Shown: positions 34,661-49,231 of the stretch, in pieces
How the letters are laid out: each line of letters opens with the position of its first letter
How positions within the stretch are numbered: position 1 is the stretch's first letter
Source of the DNA: Octopus sinensis
Taxonomy: Eukaryota
DNA: 64,000 nucleotides
NCBI RefSeq assembly: GCF_006345805.1
Contig: NC_043000.1
Location: 63,550,001-63,614,000 of the forward strand
Direction: 5' to 3'
Translations under genes and position numbers: made by a program
Notes under the pieces: generated by a model
Told to the model about the DNA's origin: nothing
The model's input: the letters and a program-made list of their open reading frames with translations, nothing else
Databases searched by the model: none

Positions 34661-35737
34661 TAGAATGTGTATATATATATATATATATATATGACGAGCT
34701 TCCACCCAGTTCCCGTCTATCAAATTCGCTCAGAAGGCACTTGCCCGAGGTGTTGCACAGTGGGACTGAACCCGAAACCCCATGGTTACAAAGCAAGCTT
34801 ATTTACGCATTCATGCCTGCAACAATGTATCATTAATTATATTAAAATATAAAACCACATTATTATCATTAACATATAGTGCTTTCAAATTTAGGTACAA
34901 GACCAGAGAAGGGCCAAGTCATTTACATCGACAGCACCACTTGACTGGGCTTCATTTTTACTGACCCTCTAAGGTAAAGTCGATTTTAGTAGAATGTAAG
35001 CCCATAACGTAAAGAACTGGAAGAAATGCAGTTAAGCATTTTGTCCGACGCGCTAAGCATATCGCCAGCTAACCGCCTTATTGTCATGTATATGTAATGA
35101 TATATTACTATAGTTCCTGCTTTTCCAACAGCTTCTTCATCTATGTACATTTTATTGCAATATCTATACTATACAAAATTTACTTCCTTGCGTACAGCTC
35201 ACATACTATGTGACATAATTTGATAGACTTTCGAAATATTTTTATTCTTCTTCATTTTGCTATCTTTGAAATCCAGATATAATCATTCTTCGAACGTCTG
35301 TATTCCAGTATATTTTTTTTTACTGAAATTTTTAGATAATGCTATAATTCGGTTAAAATTCGTTCAAAACACTACACTAGTAACATTGGTAAGATTAAAA
35401 ATTTAAATTATTTACTAAAGAATATTCGCAGACTTCGGGATTTTTTTTTCTATTCATTTGCGTTCTCTCTCACTATAGATGATACTTATCTAACGCTTGT
35501 TATGCAGTAAGAACTATTTCAAACTGACTGCTGTATCCTTTTACAATGAAATATGAATGCTCAGCTGGTACTCTGATAATTTTTGATGTTAATATACTCA
35601 TCGTTTTGCTAAAAACATTCCCACACTCATCGTCTCGATGGCAATTTGCCAATCCATTTTTCAAGTTCCGCTGACTCTCATATAACACACTTCCTTCCGC
35701 AATGCCTATAGCTATTAATACGATTTCTTTGCTAAGG

Positions 35738-35776
<39 letters not shown>

Positions 35777-37599
35777 TATATACGTACATATGTATGCATG
35801 TATGTATGTATGTATGTATGTATGTATGTATGTATGTATGTATGTATGTATGTATGTATGTATATGTATGTATGTATAGCTCTATCTTTCCGGAACTCTG
35901 TAATTCTGAGAAGCGATTTCATTGGCATTCCACAAACTTTCAAAGATTTATATATAATAGGAGATATTTACCATCTTCACCTTTAGAATGTCGGTAACCT
36001 GTTGTAGTTGCTGCTGCTGCTGCTGTTGTTGCGGTTGTTGTCTTTGCCCCCAAATAGTATCGCTCCTGATCAAGTATACTTGTGAACATAAGTGTCCCAG
36101 CCCTGATCATCACGTCTTTCCAACCCCGTCCCTTAACACCATGCATCCATGATTACATTATTCAATAAGTACTTCTTTTCTTAGATAACACTTCAAGGTG
36201 ATTAGTTACTATTTTCATCAGATCAAACGACCACACAGAGATCTTGTGAACGCTGAACTGTTACTATTCTTTTCATCAAAAAGCCTCCCCTCCCGTTTTT
36301 TTTTTCTTTCTATATACAAAAAAATTTTTTTGAAGAGAGTTAAAGCTTTTGCATGAATGCGCATGTGTATTACAAAGATTTGTATGTCTAGCTTTCTTGT
36401 TCAGATACAACCATGTGTTGCTCTTTTCCTTTTGTATGAGTTAGAGCTTTTTTTTTTATCACTAGTTAAGTCTACATCCTTTATTACCTTACCGCACCTC
36501 CTTATTCCCCTTCATACTTTCAATCCCACCGTCTTTCTTCACTTCCTTTCTCTGAGTACTACACCTCGATCCTTCTGATTTCGTACAAACATATCATTCA
36601 CATAAAACCGGCTAAACAGCTTACGCTAGGCATATGCTAAATCCTTAATGAGAGAATTTCAGAATATTCTCTAAAAGGAACATATCAATCACATTTCCTT
36701 CAGCAGCATCAAAACATAATCTTAGCAAATACTAAGGAAACTGTCTTGCATTCCCTGCATATAGTCAACAGACAAAGCCTTCAAAAGAGCCAACTAAAGC
36801 AGCCTCAACTCGATTGTTCGAGTAGACAGAAATAGCCACTATATTTCCTCCAAATCCACTCCATCTTATGAAATGGAAGGACACAGTAGGTCAGTGTTTT
36901 GTAGCTTGTTACTAAACATCAACCAAAAAGACTTGTATACTTACCAAAAAGACTCACCCACTCAAACGTTTAAACTTAGTAGCTAACGGTAATGGTTGTA
37001 ATAAAACTGAAAATAAAGCAAACAGGTTTATTATTTTACTTTAATAACATGTACATTGTTTAATATAGTTGAAATATTTTTGCAGATACTGTTTATTAAT
37101 ATTTAGTCATATAAGAATAACTATAAAAGCAAACTAAACTAGCAATAAATCAAGATAAAAGGAATTGTTTATTAATGTAATCCCTTTTGCTGGTGTCCAG
37201 CACCAAGCTTTGCAATATTTAGCTCTAACTTCAATAAAAGAAGTCATAAATCTACAAACTGCACTTCACTCATTTCTTGGTTAAAATTTGGGTTAGTGCG
37301 CAAAAAATCTTTCTTCAGTAGTTAGGACGTTAGATTAGCAACGAAAAGTAATTGGCTTTATTCCACAATAACGGAAATTTCATATTGGAGTTGTAGCCAT
37401 ATTTCATAGAAGACTTGATTTTCATGTCATTTTGTTGCTCTGGTTGAAAGCTGGCAGACACTATCTGTAATAAAAGTAATCACACGTAAACTTCTCTTTT
37501 CCAGTACTGAGTTTGGTGTTTGAGCTTAGTAAGACACATTACATACATACATATATGTATGCATACATACATACATACATACATACATACATACATACA

Positions 37600-37631
<32 letters not shown>

Positions 37632-37794
37632 CATATATACATGCATGAATGCATACATACGTAAACACACACAAACGCACACATACATATACATACATAC
37701 ATACATACATACATACATACATACATACATGCAGGCATACATACATACATACATATATACATACATACATACATACGTACGTACATACACATAT

Positions 37795-37938
37795 AGTAGC
37801 ATGAAACGATTGTACTACACTACTTTTGGATATCCTCGTTGGTTATTTGGATTATAATCACCCCATTTGATTTATATGGATAATACCATACCAAATTCTG
37901 GTGCCTTTAACTTAAGCAACATATTCATCTGAATCTAA

Positions 37939-37940
<2 letters not shown>
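37795..37940 (+). mobile_element. 5'-truncated copy of the H1 PLE-like terminus (3' half of the hammerhead plus tail)
   Basis: agcatGAAACGATTGTActacactac...ggatatcc...ttataatcaccccatttg... matches 1333-1354 (rc) and 1500-1622. Confidence 0.75.
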
Positions 37941-37981
<41 letters not shown>

Positions 37982-38035
37982 ATATATATAATATATATAT
38001 ATATATATTATATATATATATATACACATACATAC

Positions 38036-38386
38036 AGGAGTAGCTGTGTGGTAAGCAGCTTGCTTATCAACCACATGGTTCCGGGTTCAGTCCCACTGCG
38101 TGGCACCTTGGGCAAGTGTCTTCTGCTATAGCCTCGGGCCGACCAAAGCCTTGTGAGTGGTTTTGATTGACGGAAACTGAAAGAAGTTTGTCGTATATAT
38201 AAGTATATGTTTGTTCCCCTACCATCGCTTGACAACCGATGCTGGTGTGTTTACGTCCACGTAACTTAGCGGTTCGGCAAAAGAGACCGATAGAATAAGT
38301 ACTAAGCTTACAAAGAATAAGTCCTGGAGTCGATTTGTTCGACCAAAGGCCGCAGTCAAATGACAAACAAATAAAAGGATAAAAGA
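38036..38386 (+). mobile_element. tRNA-derived SINE-A, full-length
   Basis: Colinear with rc(26434-26872). Confidence 0.9.
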
Positions 38387-38518
38387 ATATCATCATCATC
38401 AGAAACGGTTGAATAGAACTGTATGGGCAATGCCTATTTGCATCTATGGATTCATCCATCCATTCAACCATCCATCCATCTATTCATACATGCATATGTA
38501 TACATGTATGTGTATATA

Positions 38519-38744
38519 TGTTTCTTTACAACCCACAAGGGGCTAAACATAGAGGGGACAAACAAGGACAGACAAACGAATTTACGTCGATTATATCGAC
38601 CCCAGTGCGTAACTGGTACTTAATTTATCGACCCCGAAAGGATGAAAGGCAAAGTCGACCTCGGCGGAATTTGAACTCGGAACGTAACGGTAGACGAAAT
38701 ACGGCTACGCATTTCGCCCGGCGTGCTAACGGTTCTGCCAGCTC
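38519..38744 (-). mobile_element. tRNA-derived SINE-B, full-length
   Basis: Reverse complement of 50272-50506. Confidence 0.9.
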
Positions 38745-39224
38745 ATGTATGTGTATATATATGTACGTATATATCGTATGCATACACGCACAATCATACA
38801 CACACACATATAGGCACACACAAAGAATTACATATTCACTCTTGATATATTCCGGCAAATTCGAAATTTGAAAGTGAAAACTGATCGCTAGCATATTCCT
38901 CCTTTGAGACGAATGTGTGTTTAGGCGTTGCCGAGCCTGGATTTCCAAAATCACCTTGTGCTAGTGAATCGGGTGTGTTGTGAACACACACACGTCTGAA
39001 AGAAATTCTTCTCCGATGACGAAATACAGCAGCGATTCGCATATTCATATTCATATTTGAATCTACCGAACGTATTAAGGATGAGTACGTAAACCATCGT
39101 TTTTATTTGTGTTGTTCACCGTGCGCATAAAGGTTTACTATACGAAGAATTATTATATCATCATTCTTGAAGGTGGTACCCGAGAATGCCCGTTGTCTAA
39201 TATCTAAAACGATATATCATTTTT

Positions 39225-39452
39225 TTCTTGCTTTAGTTATAAGACAGCAGCCATGCTGGGGTACCACCTTCAAGAATGTTAAACGAACGAATCGGCGGGA
39301 TTTTTTCAGTTTCCGTCTTCCAAAACCACTCACAAGGCTTTGGTCGGCCCGAGGCTGTAGTAGAAGACACTTGCCCTAGGTACCACACAGTGGAACTGAA
39401 CCCGGAACCATGTGGTTGGGAAGCAATCTTCTTACCACCACACAGCCACGCC

Positions 39453-39453
<1 letters not shown>
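39225..39453 (-). mobile_element. SINE-A derivative lacking the central part
   Basis: Head (cacagccacgcc) and tail (gccatgctggggtaccaccttcaag) are both present. Confidence 0.8.
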
Positions 39454-39483
<30 letters not shown>

Positions 39484-39974
39484 ATGTATATATATATATA
39501 TATACATACATATATATATATTTTTTTTTTTTTCTCTCTCTCTTCGCCTTCAGGCATTTTTTCAATGCGCCAGCTCAAGTTCACCCGTCCTGTCGAAAAG
39601 ACGCCTGTCTGTAACGTCCTGTTTTTGTTATTATTATTATCGTTATTGTTTTTACGTATTTTCGTATTCTTATTCGTGTTATCATTATTAATTTTACGTA
39701 TTTTTGAATTCTTATTTCTTCCCGTCCTTGTTTTGTATACATTCGAGGCTTTCTTCCAAGGAATCTAATGCGCTTGGCTTAGATTTTCCTTTGGGGCTGG
39801 CCAGGTCGGAGCAATCTCAAGATTAATCAGCCGAAATTGCGAAGATGATCCGGTTCTTGACTGAAGATCGAAGGCTACGCATGTCCCATTCGTTTTTTTT
39901 GTATCGTCTTCTAAATGTTTTGCGTTCTTGTCCCAGTTTATGTTTTTTTATATTCACTTATATATATATATATA

Positions 39975-41585
39975 CAGTTGCGGCCAAAATGTTCAGAACG
40001 GCATTGTTTTCGTCAGAAAAGTAGGTATAAGTTTCTATCAAAGTTGTTTTATTTTTAATAAATACGGTATTAATTGTTATTGTCGGAGATTTTGGTGTAA
40101 TTTGAGAGGATAATACAAAAGTTATGGATGATTTAGTGATTTACTGCAAAATCCATGGCGGCCCAAATGATCAGAACGGTTGCTTTTACTCCGTGTTTTA
40201 GTATATTTAACCGGTGAACTCTAATGTTTTGAATTTGTTTACTTGACCGTTCGTTTACGAAACATTAGTAAGAATATCTGCAGTGTACTTTGTTAATATA
40301 ATGCCACTTACTCCGTTACCTATTCGTCAGCAGATTATTAAGCTTCGAAAGAAGGATAATTTAAGTATTGGGTCTATTGCAAAGATTGTTAACAAGTGAA
40401 AAAGTGTTGTTCACGGTATTCTTAAGGTCTACGATGATTGTGGTTCGTGTGAAGCAAGAAAGTCTACATGTAGGCCAAGAAAAACGACCAAGAGAGAAGA
40501 TCGTACTATGGTAAAGTTGGTTAAAAAGGACAGATTTAAAACTGCTGCTGCTGTTTCTCGGGAAATGAGCATTGTACTGAAGAAAACTTTATTTCGAAAA
40601 ACTGTGTCTCGTCGTTTAGTTGAACATGACCTACTAGCAAGAGCACCTGCAGTGAAGCCACTGATCAGCTCCAATAATAAAAAGTGTCGTCTTACCTTTG
40701 CAACCGAACATGTGTTGTGGTCTCAAGAAAAATGGCAAACGGTGCATTTCAGTGATGAATCTAAGTTTATGTTATTTGGCTCAGATGGGAAAAGGTACGT
40801 TTGTCGAAAAGTAGGTGAAAAATTGTCGCCTAAATGCCTTAAGACTAGTGTTAAATTCGGTGGAGGAAGTGTCATGGTTTGGGGGATGATACCTGGAGAT
40901 GGTGTGGGCCCTTTGGTGCGATTACATGGAAAGGTAAATGCAGGAGTTTATAAACAACTTGTAAAAGATCATGTCTTGCCTGTGCTGAGAAATTCAACTA
41001 AGCGATCACCCATATTCATGCAGGACCATGCCCCATGTCACAAGGCTAAGGTGGTCATGAACTTTCTCAAGGCTGAAAAGATTATTGTTATGGATTGGCC
41101 TGCTCAAAGCCCAGATCTTAATCCGATTGAAAATGTGTGGAATATTCTAGGAGAACGTTCGAAAGCCAGAAATCCTAAAACAACCGAGCAATTATGGAAT
41201 GCCCTTCAGGAAGAATGGAATAAGATCACCCAGCAAGAAATTGAAAATTTAATTTCCTCATGCAGTCGAAGATGTCAAAGTGTGATTGAAGCTAAAGGGC
41301 TTCAGACTAAATATTAAATAATTCCAGTATTCTCTGTCATTTATTATTATTTTGTTATTTTTTTCAACCGTTCTGATCATTTTGGCCGCCATGGGTTTTG
41401 CAGTAAATCACTAAATCATCCATAACTTTTGTATTATCCTCTCAAATTACACCAAAACCTCAGACAATAATAATTAATATCGTATTTATTGTCTGTGAAA
41501 ATTATAGAATATAAAACAACTTCGATAAAAACTTATACCTACTTTTCTGACGAAAATAATGCCGTTCTGAACATTTTGGCTGCAA

Positions 41586-41588
<3 letters not shown>
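39975..41588 (+). mobile_element. Complete Tc1-family transposon with ~210-bp IR/DR-type TIRs, TA target
   Basis: Left TIR 39975-40182, right TIR 41365-41588; each holds two gcggccaaaatgttcagaacgg-like direct repeats; flanked by TA. Confidence 0.95.
40301..41317 (+). pseudogene. Tc1 DD34E transposase, 338 codons, single premature TGA at 40397-40399
   Basis: In frame from ATG 40301 (MPLTPLPIRQQIIKLRKK...NK*KSVVHGIL...) into ORF 40508-41317; triad FSDESK / FMQDHAPCH / SPDLNPIEN, with 34 residues between D and E. Confidence 0.92.
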
Positions 41589-41648
<60 letters not shown>

Positions 41649-41806
41649 ATATATATATTATATATATTTATATTTATATTTATATATATACACACTCACA
41701 CACATACCACACATACATGAGTATGGTCTAGATATGTAATTATAAGCATGAGAATACATACATACATACATACATACATACATACATACATACATACATA
41801 CATACA

Positions 41807-41838
<32 letters not shown>

Positions 41839-43304
41839 GGATAAAGTAAACGATGCTTTTCAAAACAGTTGTATTTTTTCATAATTTTATCGACAATATC
41901 TTTTTCATTTTTATCAAGATAGCTGAGTATAATTTGAGGAAGATCTGGCTGCTATATTTACCATGTCGAGTGACCATGGTGATGCTCCTTCGTTAGCTCG
42001 TTTGCATTTCGTTGATATTCTTCGTTATATCGTCGTTGTCGTTGTTTAGCTTCTGGCGCAGGTGATCTGTCATCAAATGCGTTCCAGCTGTGGCCATTCC
42101 ATTTGTAATTTGCATATCTAGGAATACATTCGTTAATATGTTCTAATGTCCTTCCTTTTATTTTCAAGAACGCGGGAATAGGTTTTGAGAAAATGTAGTA
42201 AGCTGGTCGAACGACAGTATCGAGCTTATTTCGATTTGGTTATATATACCTACTGGCATCAGCAAAATAGGTTTACTAAATGCATTAGAATAAATAGTAA
42301 AAATTGCTCCACTTCTGTGTAAATCTATTTCAGTTGTGATTGTTTAAATAAGAGAGAATGATTTTATCGATAAAAAACAGTATTTGAATAAATGAGATTC
42401 CATAAAATATTCTATTTCATTTCATATTTTGTATTTTTCATTTAGATAACTTCAATGATTTTATCAATAAAAATATTGAACAATACATTCAAACATTATA
42501 ACAAAAATTTTGCTGTAAACAGATTATGTTAATATATATCCTTTGTCGGAGTATGTTTTCTCAATATGTGATTAATTCGGAAATCGAAGATTTAATGTGG
42601 AATCTAACAAACTGAAATAGACTTTCTGCAGCAATAAATCTAGTTTTGTTTTCTCTGAGCATTTAAAACAGATTTCAAAGGCAACGAACAAAAATAAATT
42701 AAATAAGCAAGTATGAGATCTTATCATTTTACGGATACTGACACACATACAAAGATGTATATAGATGTACATTTCCGTACTTATTTACAAGAAGGAGCGA
42801 ATCATATCTAGTTGTTCACTGAGTTCGCTAAAGGAAAAATAAGTATGGCTTTGAGCCAACAAGGAGGTCTCTCACTGGACCTGTTAGAAATACCGACGAA
42901 ATCTCTAAATCATGCTTTACATTGTGCCTGAAAAATGATGGAATAATCACAGCTGGTTTCAGCCTTGGCCTGGGGCAAACAAAGCAGCAATAACTTCATA
43001 TGTATATATTCAATTTCATAGCATTCTCTATATCTATCGTCTGAATCTGTACGTGTGTCGCTATATTTCTCTCTTTCTTCTCATGTTTCTCCCACACTAG
43101 CTGGTGAATACTTTTCAGTTTCGATTAAGCACAATTTTACTCTACCTTTAATATTCGAGTATTATTTTTCCACTTCCTTTAACATCTGTGTGCTCAAATG
43201 TGTGCATATACATATATGTGTTTATGTGTGCGTGTGTACGTGTGTGTGCGCGCGCGCGTGTCGGTGAGTATACACACGTACACATATATATATATGTATA
43301 TATA

Positions 43305-43453
43305 GATGTGCTAAGAACCTTGCTTCCCAACCACATGATTCCAGGTTCAGTCCCCCTGCGTGGCACCTTGAGCAAGTGTCTTCTACTATAACCTCAGGCC
43401 GACCAAAGCCTTGTGAGTGGATTTGGTAGACGGAAACTGAAAGAAGCCCATCG

Positions 43454-43455
<2 letters not shown>
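43305..43455 (+). mobile_element. SINE-A 5' half
   Basis: ccaaccacatgattccaggttcagtccccctgcgtggcaccttgagcaagtg...gacggaaactgaaagaagccc. Confidence 0.85.
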
Positions 43456-43486
<31 letters not shown>

Positions 43487-46400
43487 TATATATATAATAT
43501 ATAAATAAAATATATAATATATATATGCATATATACATATATATATATGTATATACTTACATATATATATATATACATATATACACATATATATATATGC
43601 ATATATGTTTACAGGACGTCACAAAACGTAAACAACATGAATAACGAAAACAATATGAATTACGAAATACGAAAGCAAACTTAGGTATGGCAACAACGAG
43701 AGAAACAAATGGAAAGCAAGACAAGTAATATAAAGAATGACCCTTCATCAGTTGTCGGCTGTTCATCTACTCCACATTTCGAGCAATTCGCGACATTATG
43801 AGACTTCGAAAAACAGTTGCTCCCACGAACCCAAATAAAATTTGGCATTTGCGGAGGGTCAAAGTTGATAACAAAAACAGGACAGTGGAAACTTACAACA
43901 AACTAAACAAAAACAAACATGGAGAGCCGTTAGGCCAGACGAGGTAAGGTACCGAACGCTGGAGGTACATAGATGTACATTTCCGTACATATTCATAAGT
44001 GGGAGCGAATCATATCTTCTGCCGAACCGCTAAGTTACGGGGACGTAAAGGCACCAACATCGGTTTCTAAGTGATGGTGGGGGTGGGAACAAACACCCCC
44101 CACACACACACACACAAATATATATAACTAAATCCACTGACATGGCTATGAAAACAGAATTTGAATAAGGCTAACAGACTACGATAAAGCAAGAATTCCA
44201 GTAACTTACTCATACATACATACTTACATACATAGATACATACATACATACATACATACATACATACATACATACATACATACATACATACATACATGCA
44301 TGCATACATACGTACACACACATACACATATATATACATACATATATAGACATATACATGCACACAAATATATATATAGACATATATATCTATATATATG
44401 ACACATGAATACATACATACAGACAGGCAGAATGCTATCGCTTGATTGTTCTCTTAAACATGAGCAACAGGTATGTGGCATTTCAGTCTTGTTAGGGACT
44501 TTCTTTATTATGTACAGATGTGGAAACGATGAGCACCTCTTACAGTTAAGAGAGCTTATCACCCACGTTGATATATGCCTTCATTCAATCACGGAAGTTT
44601 TCACCAAGTGTTTTTCCTTTTTTCGGCTGCGACCAGCCATAGTATGCAACACAAAATCTAAATGTTAATAGGGATGTTATGAATCAAGCGATAACTGTGC
44701 CTGAAACTGGGTCACCCCTACTCTCTAAACAACGTATGTTTTTGATCGAAAAGAACTGGTCTGTCATTGGTTGCATACGAAGTCACAGCTATTATGTCAG
44801 AGATTTCCTTATCTTAAACATCCACGTTGGGTGAAGGAAAATAAACATATGTGGTGAAGCCATCTCCTTGTGCTTCTTGGTTGTCAATGACATTTGTGAC
44901 TTTTTGTCCATGATCTCTCAAATGACTAGTCAGTCCTGCTGCTCTGTAACTGAGCGTTTCTAGCTTGCTAGGTTTGTAGATGGAATGACAAATGACAAAT
45001 GAAGTCATCGATGAAAATACATCTGTACGTCAGTGGATATATAATGATAAATGCTTGTACAACATGAGTACCACCCTCCAAGTCTCCGTGATGAATAACT
45101 AGTAACAAATCGAAGTGATATGACCAGTAATCACGTGAAGTTGCAGGTTTTATATGATAGTGACCCTCTCCTTGTGGGGCGCTGTGGTACTAAAGAAATC
45201 AGTAAGCTATTGTTTAACCCAAGGTTAGCCGCGATGGGACACGCCTAAGGTCTAAAGTTGCTCCGATAAATTGAGACATGGAGCATCTACTCGGTCTCGG
45301 TCGGCTAAATATAACCGCTAAATCTTCATGTGAGACGCTGTGGTAACGGCTAGGGGGTCCTTCACTCGAAATGGTTTTTATTTACATGCTAGTTACACAA
45401 ATACTTGGAATCCTGGCAGGTGCTACTATTCTGGGACAGAGTAAATCTATGAACAATGAAGGCTAAGAGATGGTTCCCCACTCCTCAAAACCTGGAATTC
45501 CCTTACCCGAGCCCCACTATTTGACGCAGTTTAAAATTATGTCCAGGACATACATACTTACATGTACTTGAAGACAAAGACATATTGACATATATACGTG
45601 TGTGTGTGTGTGTGCGTCTGTATGTGTGTAATAATAAAATTATATCGACTTGTAAATAAATATGTAAGCGCCTGATAATTTTTTTTTAAATACTGCTTCA
45701 ATAAATGTTCATGTAGTTTATACGGAATATAATTATTTAATGTATACATTTGGTTTAGTATCTAGGCTTTGTTTTCTGATGGGACCATTTTACTGGTCGA
45801 ACAACGATGGCTGAGTCGGCCATTGAATCTATTTTAGTACTGCTGCTGTAATCAAACTGTCATGAAAGACGTTAAAATCATAATGTATTGTAAGTCGTTG
45901 CCGCTCTCTTATGTCATTCCATGACAAATTTAGCGGCAATTTTTTTTCTTTAGAAAATACTGGTACTAAATAAATCAGTAATTTATTGTTAAGCCCAAAG
46001 TTAGCCGTCATTGGCCAGATCTATGGTTCAAATATGTTCTAAGAAATGGAGCAACTACTCGGCCACTCGGTCTACTAAACATAACCGCCAAATTTCCTTC
46101 AAATTATACTCTATCGTTTTGAAATGAAGTTGTCACGTTAGATTATGTGGTGCTAAGGTGTTAATACTAGAAAGAAACCACACTCCTACAATCTTAAAAA
46201 ATGGGAATATTGGACAATAAAGTCTCTTACTGATAAGTAAACCAAATGGGCACAACCAGAACAAATAATCATAATTACAGTTCTCTTCAATCGCAGACTT
46301 GATTTAGGATTAAACAACAACACTGCAGCATTTTTTTTATTAATGCAGTAATTTTATAAGAATCTTATAAAATATCCTATTAATATTCGAATATTTAACC

Positions 46401-49103
46401 AAAATATAAACCCTTACTTCCTACTGTTAATGATACGCCTGGGTATACTTTTCCTAATAATTTATTTAGCATTTACACAAATCCTCAAATATATTGTGTG
46501 TATAAGGAGCAAGATTATGCAGCATTTTTCTTTTGTATGGAGTATTAGAAGCATTAGGGAAATTGAAGTTGTAATAACTGAGAATTCCAGCAGCCTATGA
46601 ATTGCTTCTGCTGTACAATGTTCTACACTCCTCTTGATGATTTATTTAAAAATTAACTAGTTGTATCATTTGGATTGATTGAATCTATAAAACCTCGTGC
46701 ATTCTTGTCGCCCCTTCTCTATAGATGATAGTTTGTAAGACTAGATATCTTTAATTTAATAGATTAACTAGTATATCGTAGACACTCTCTTCACAATCGA
46801 CTCCCGAAAAAGGAAGGTTAATCTAAACTGTGACATTAGATTAACATTTTTTTCTCTCACTTACGTGAACATTTTGTATATTCACTCACAACAGGTGTAA
46901 ATTTATAACTGTGCTTCTGTGTTATTAACTTAAGACAAGCTTTTCACCGGAAGCTATTTGTTGCAAAAGAGTTTCCTATTCACCTCATTCTGTATTGCAA
47001 CATATTTCTCTGATAAAGCCAATTTTCGTAATTTCATGTCAAAATAAAACGTCTATATCTTCGGTAGGGTTGCTTAAATGAATGAGAAGAATGCAGATCC
47101 AAAATAATAGCATCTAATTTTGGCTGCTCTATATCATAAGCGATCAGTGTTTACGTGTTTGAACAAACTGCTAAATATAGCTAAAGTGGAAGTATGTTCA
47201 GAACAATCAGATATATTTTATAAAATACGTGTATCACGATTTTCGTTTACCTTGTAAATGGGTCTTCAGTAATATATTTCTTATTTTAATAAATTGAACA
47301 AAATCAATTCTTCTCAGGATTTTAAGAAAATATTAAATACGAAGATATTGCTGTTGTGTAGCTTTGATAGAGCATCCTGAATATTCAGTCGGTGGAACGA
47401 CTGGACCGCATACCCAATGATCATTGTTTGTTTTGTTTTATTTTTTTCTAGTTGTACAATACCTCCACTCAACTGAGAACCATACTGCATAGTGACATGC
47501 AATGATGAAGCGCATAGGATGCAGTTTGACAATCTGGATATGTTGCACATCCTCCACAGTCAGTTTTTTTTCTGTACGTTTTCAGATTCTGTTAATGACC
47601 ACAACGGATGCAGGAAGTTAGACGAGAATTTCTCCTCGAGGTCGCTCGGTTTACCAAAACTGAATCCAAGTCTTTTACAAATTCTATCATATCGTCTTAA
47701 AAATGAATGAATATACCAAATAAAGTAAGCAAGATTGAATGTGGTGGGGCGAAATGGTTCACGGAGAATAAAGAGGAAGTGTTAAGTATAATACTTGATA
47801 AAAGTTAAACATTTAGACGGAATTCTAAGAATTTGATAAAGAATGTTATCAACTGTTTGATTGATAATGGCATTTTATTGATCAGAAGATCATGAGGTGT
47901 TTAATGAATAAATGATTAGGCCCAGAAAATGACTTACCAGTTAAATATATAAAACACATGCAATTCTTTGTCCAGAAGTCAAACATTCCGTCAGAATTAA
48001 TTATTCTTCCCCTCGATACTAAATCACACTTATGTTATTTCCTGATAAAAGCTTATATTTTAAGTCAGTATGTTCTATTTACTGGCATATATTATTGACC
48101 TTTAACAGTAATTAATATGCCACCATTATCAGAACCAAATACGAAATGGGGAAATATTAAAAAGTTTTATGGCATATTTATATTCGTTCCGGAATTTTTA
48201 AGTACTTTCCGCAATTTTATTGAAAAGAGATTCCTGATCTTAGGCATTGACAAAGGAACTAGGGACATAATTCTTTGCAGCGGCTTGTTTCCTTTCTGTC
48301 AACAGTAATAAATAACAGTTTAAGACGAGGAGAAGCCTAATTACAATATCCCCTGTAGCATTGGAATTTTGTAAAGTTTTAGATTAATAAAACAGTGTGA
48401 AACAATAATACTGGTATAGTATTGTTTTTTTAATCGTCATGTGAAGTTGAAATAGATTCAACAGCAATCTACATTTCCCCGGGGATTAGTTTAAATACAA
48501 TGGCGTTCAGAGTATATATCAACAGCCTATCTGACAATGCAGCAGTTCAATTCATTAGGAGTTATTTGTAAGATCCAATGAAAATCATTTCCAGATCTAC
48601 GATGCAGGTTGTCATCGAAGCTGTCACTTGTATAAAGCTTCACCAATTAATTATCAAGAAATGCTGCTGGTATTGTCTTTTGTTGCTGTTGTTACTGTTA
48701 TTGTCGCCCTCGTTGATTTTGTTATTTTCACCTAACACAACCTGATCAAGCAAACCTAAGATCAAATGATATCTAACTGTGACCATCACCGTCTTCCCAA
48801 ACAGTTGATTATCATACTGTGCTATTCAATGTTGTATATTTTAAGATAATGGAGTATACTTTGAGTAAGATTTGGTTGCTATTTCTTGTGAGTCGAACAA
48901 CCAGATAGAGTAACCATCATTGTTTCATTATCTGAATATATTTTGTATAAAAGAAACTGAAATAGTATTCATTGTCTTAGAAATTTAACCACAGGAGAGA
49001 GGATTGAGAAATTGACGTTAGAATTAAGTTTCTAGTGCTCACAGGGACTTGTATGCGAGCGCGCGTACACACAAACACATACAAACAGACTATATACATC
49101 CAT

Positions 49104-49185
<82 letters not shown>

Positions 49186-49231
49186 ATAGAAATGGTAAGA
49201 CAACAAAAGTATTATGTAAATAGAGGAATTT

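Noticed and set aside
43735-43790. Minus-strand GAAA...UA...CUGAUGA, a possible type-II hammerhead
   Set aside because: Helix I cannot form and helix II pairing is poor.
44814-45008. ORF containing RAAGLTSHLRDH
   Set aside because: It resembles a LINE C-terminal zinc-knuckle remnant but is too degenerate to call; no splice context.
47225-47275. Minus-strand CUGAAGA...GAAA near a splice-donor-like AAG|GTAAAC
   Set aside because: C.C at 10.1-11.1 and a misregistered helix III; no convincing acceptor for the short open frame.
47440-47710. Plus-strand acceptor-like sites and short ORFs
   Set aside because: Stops occur in all frames after the first acceptor, and no recognisable protein is encoded.
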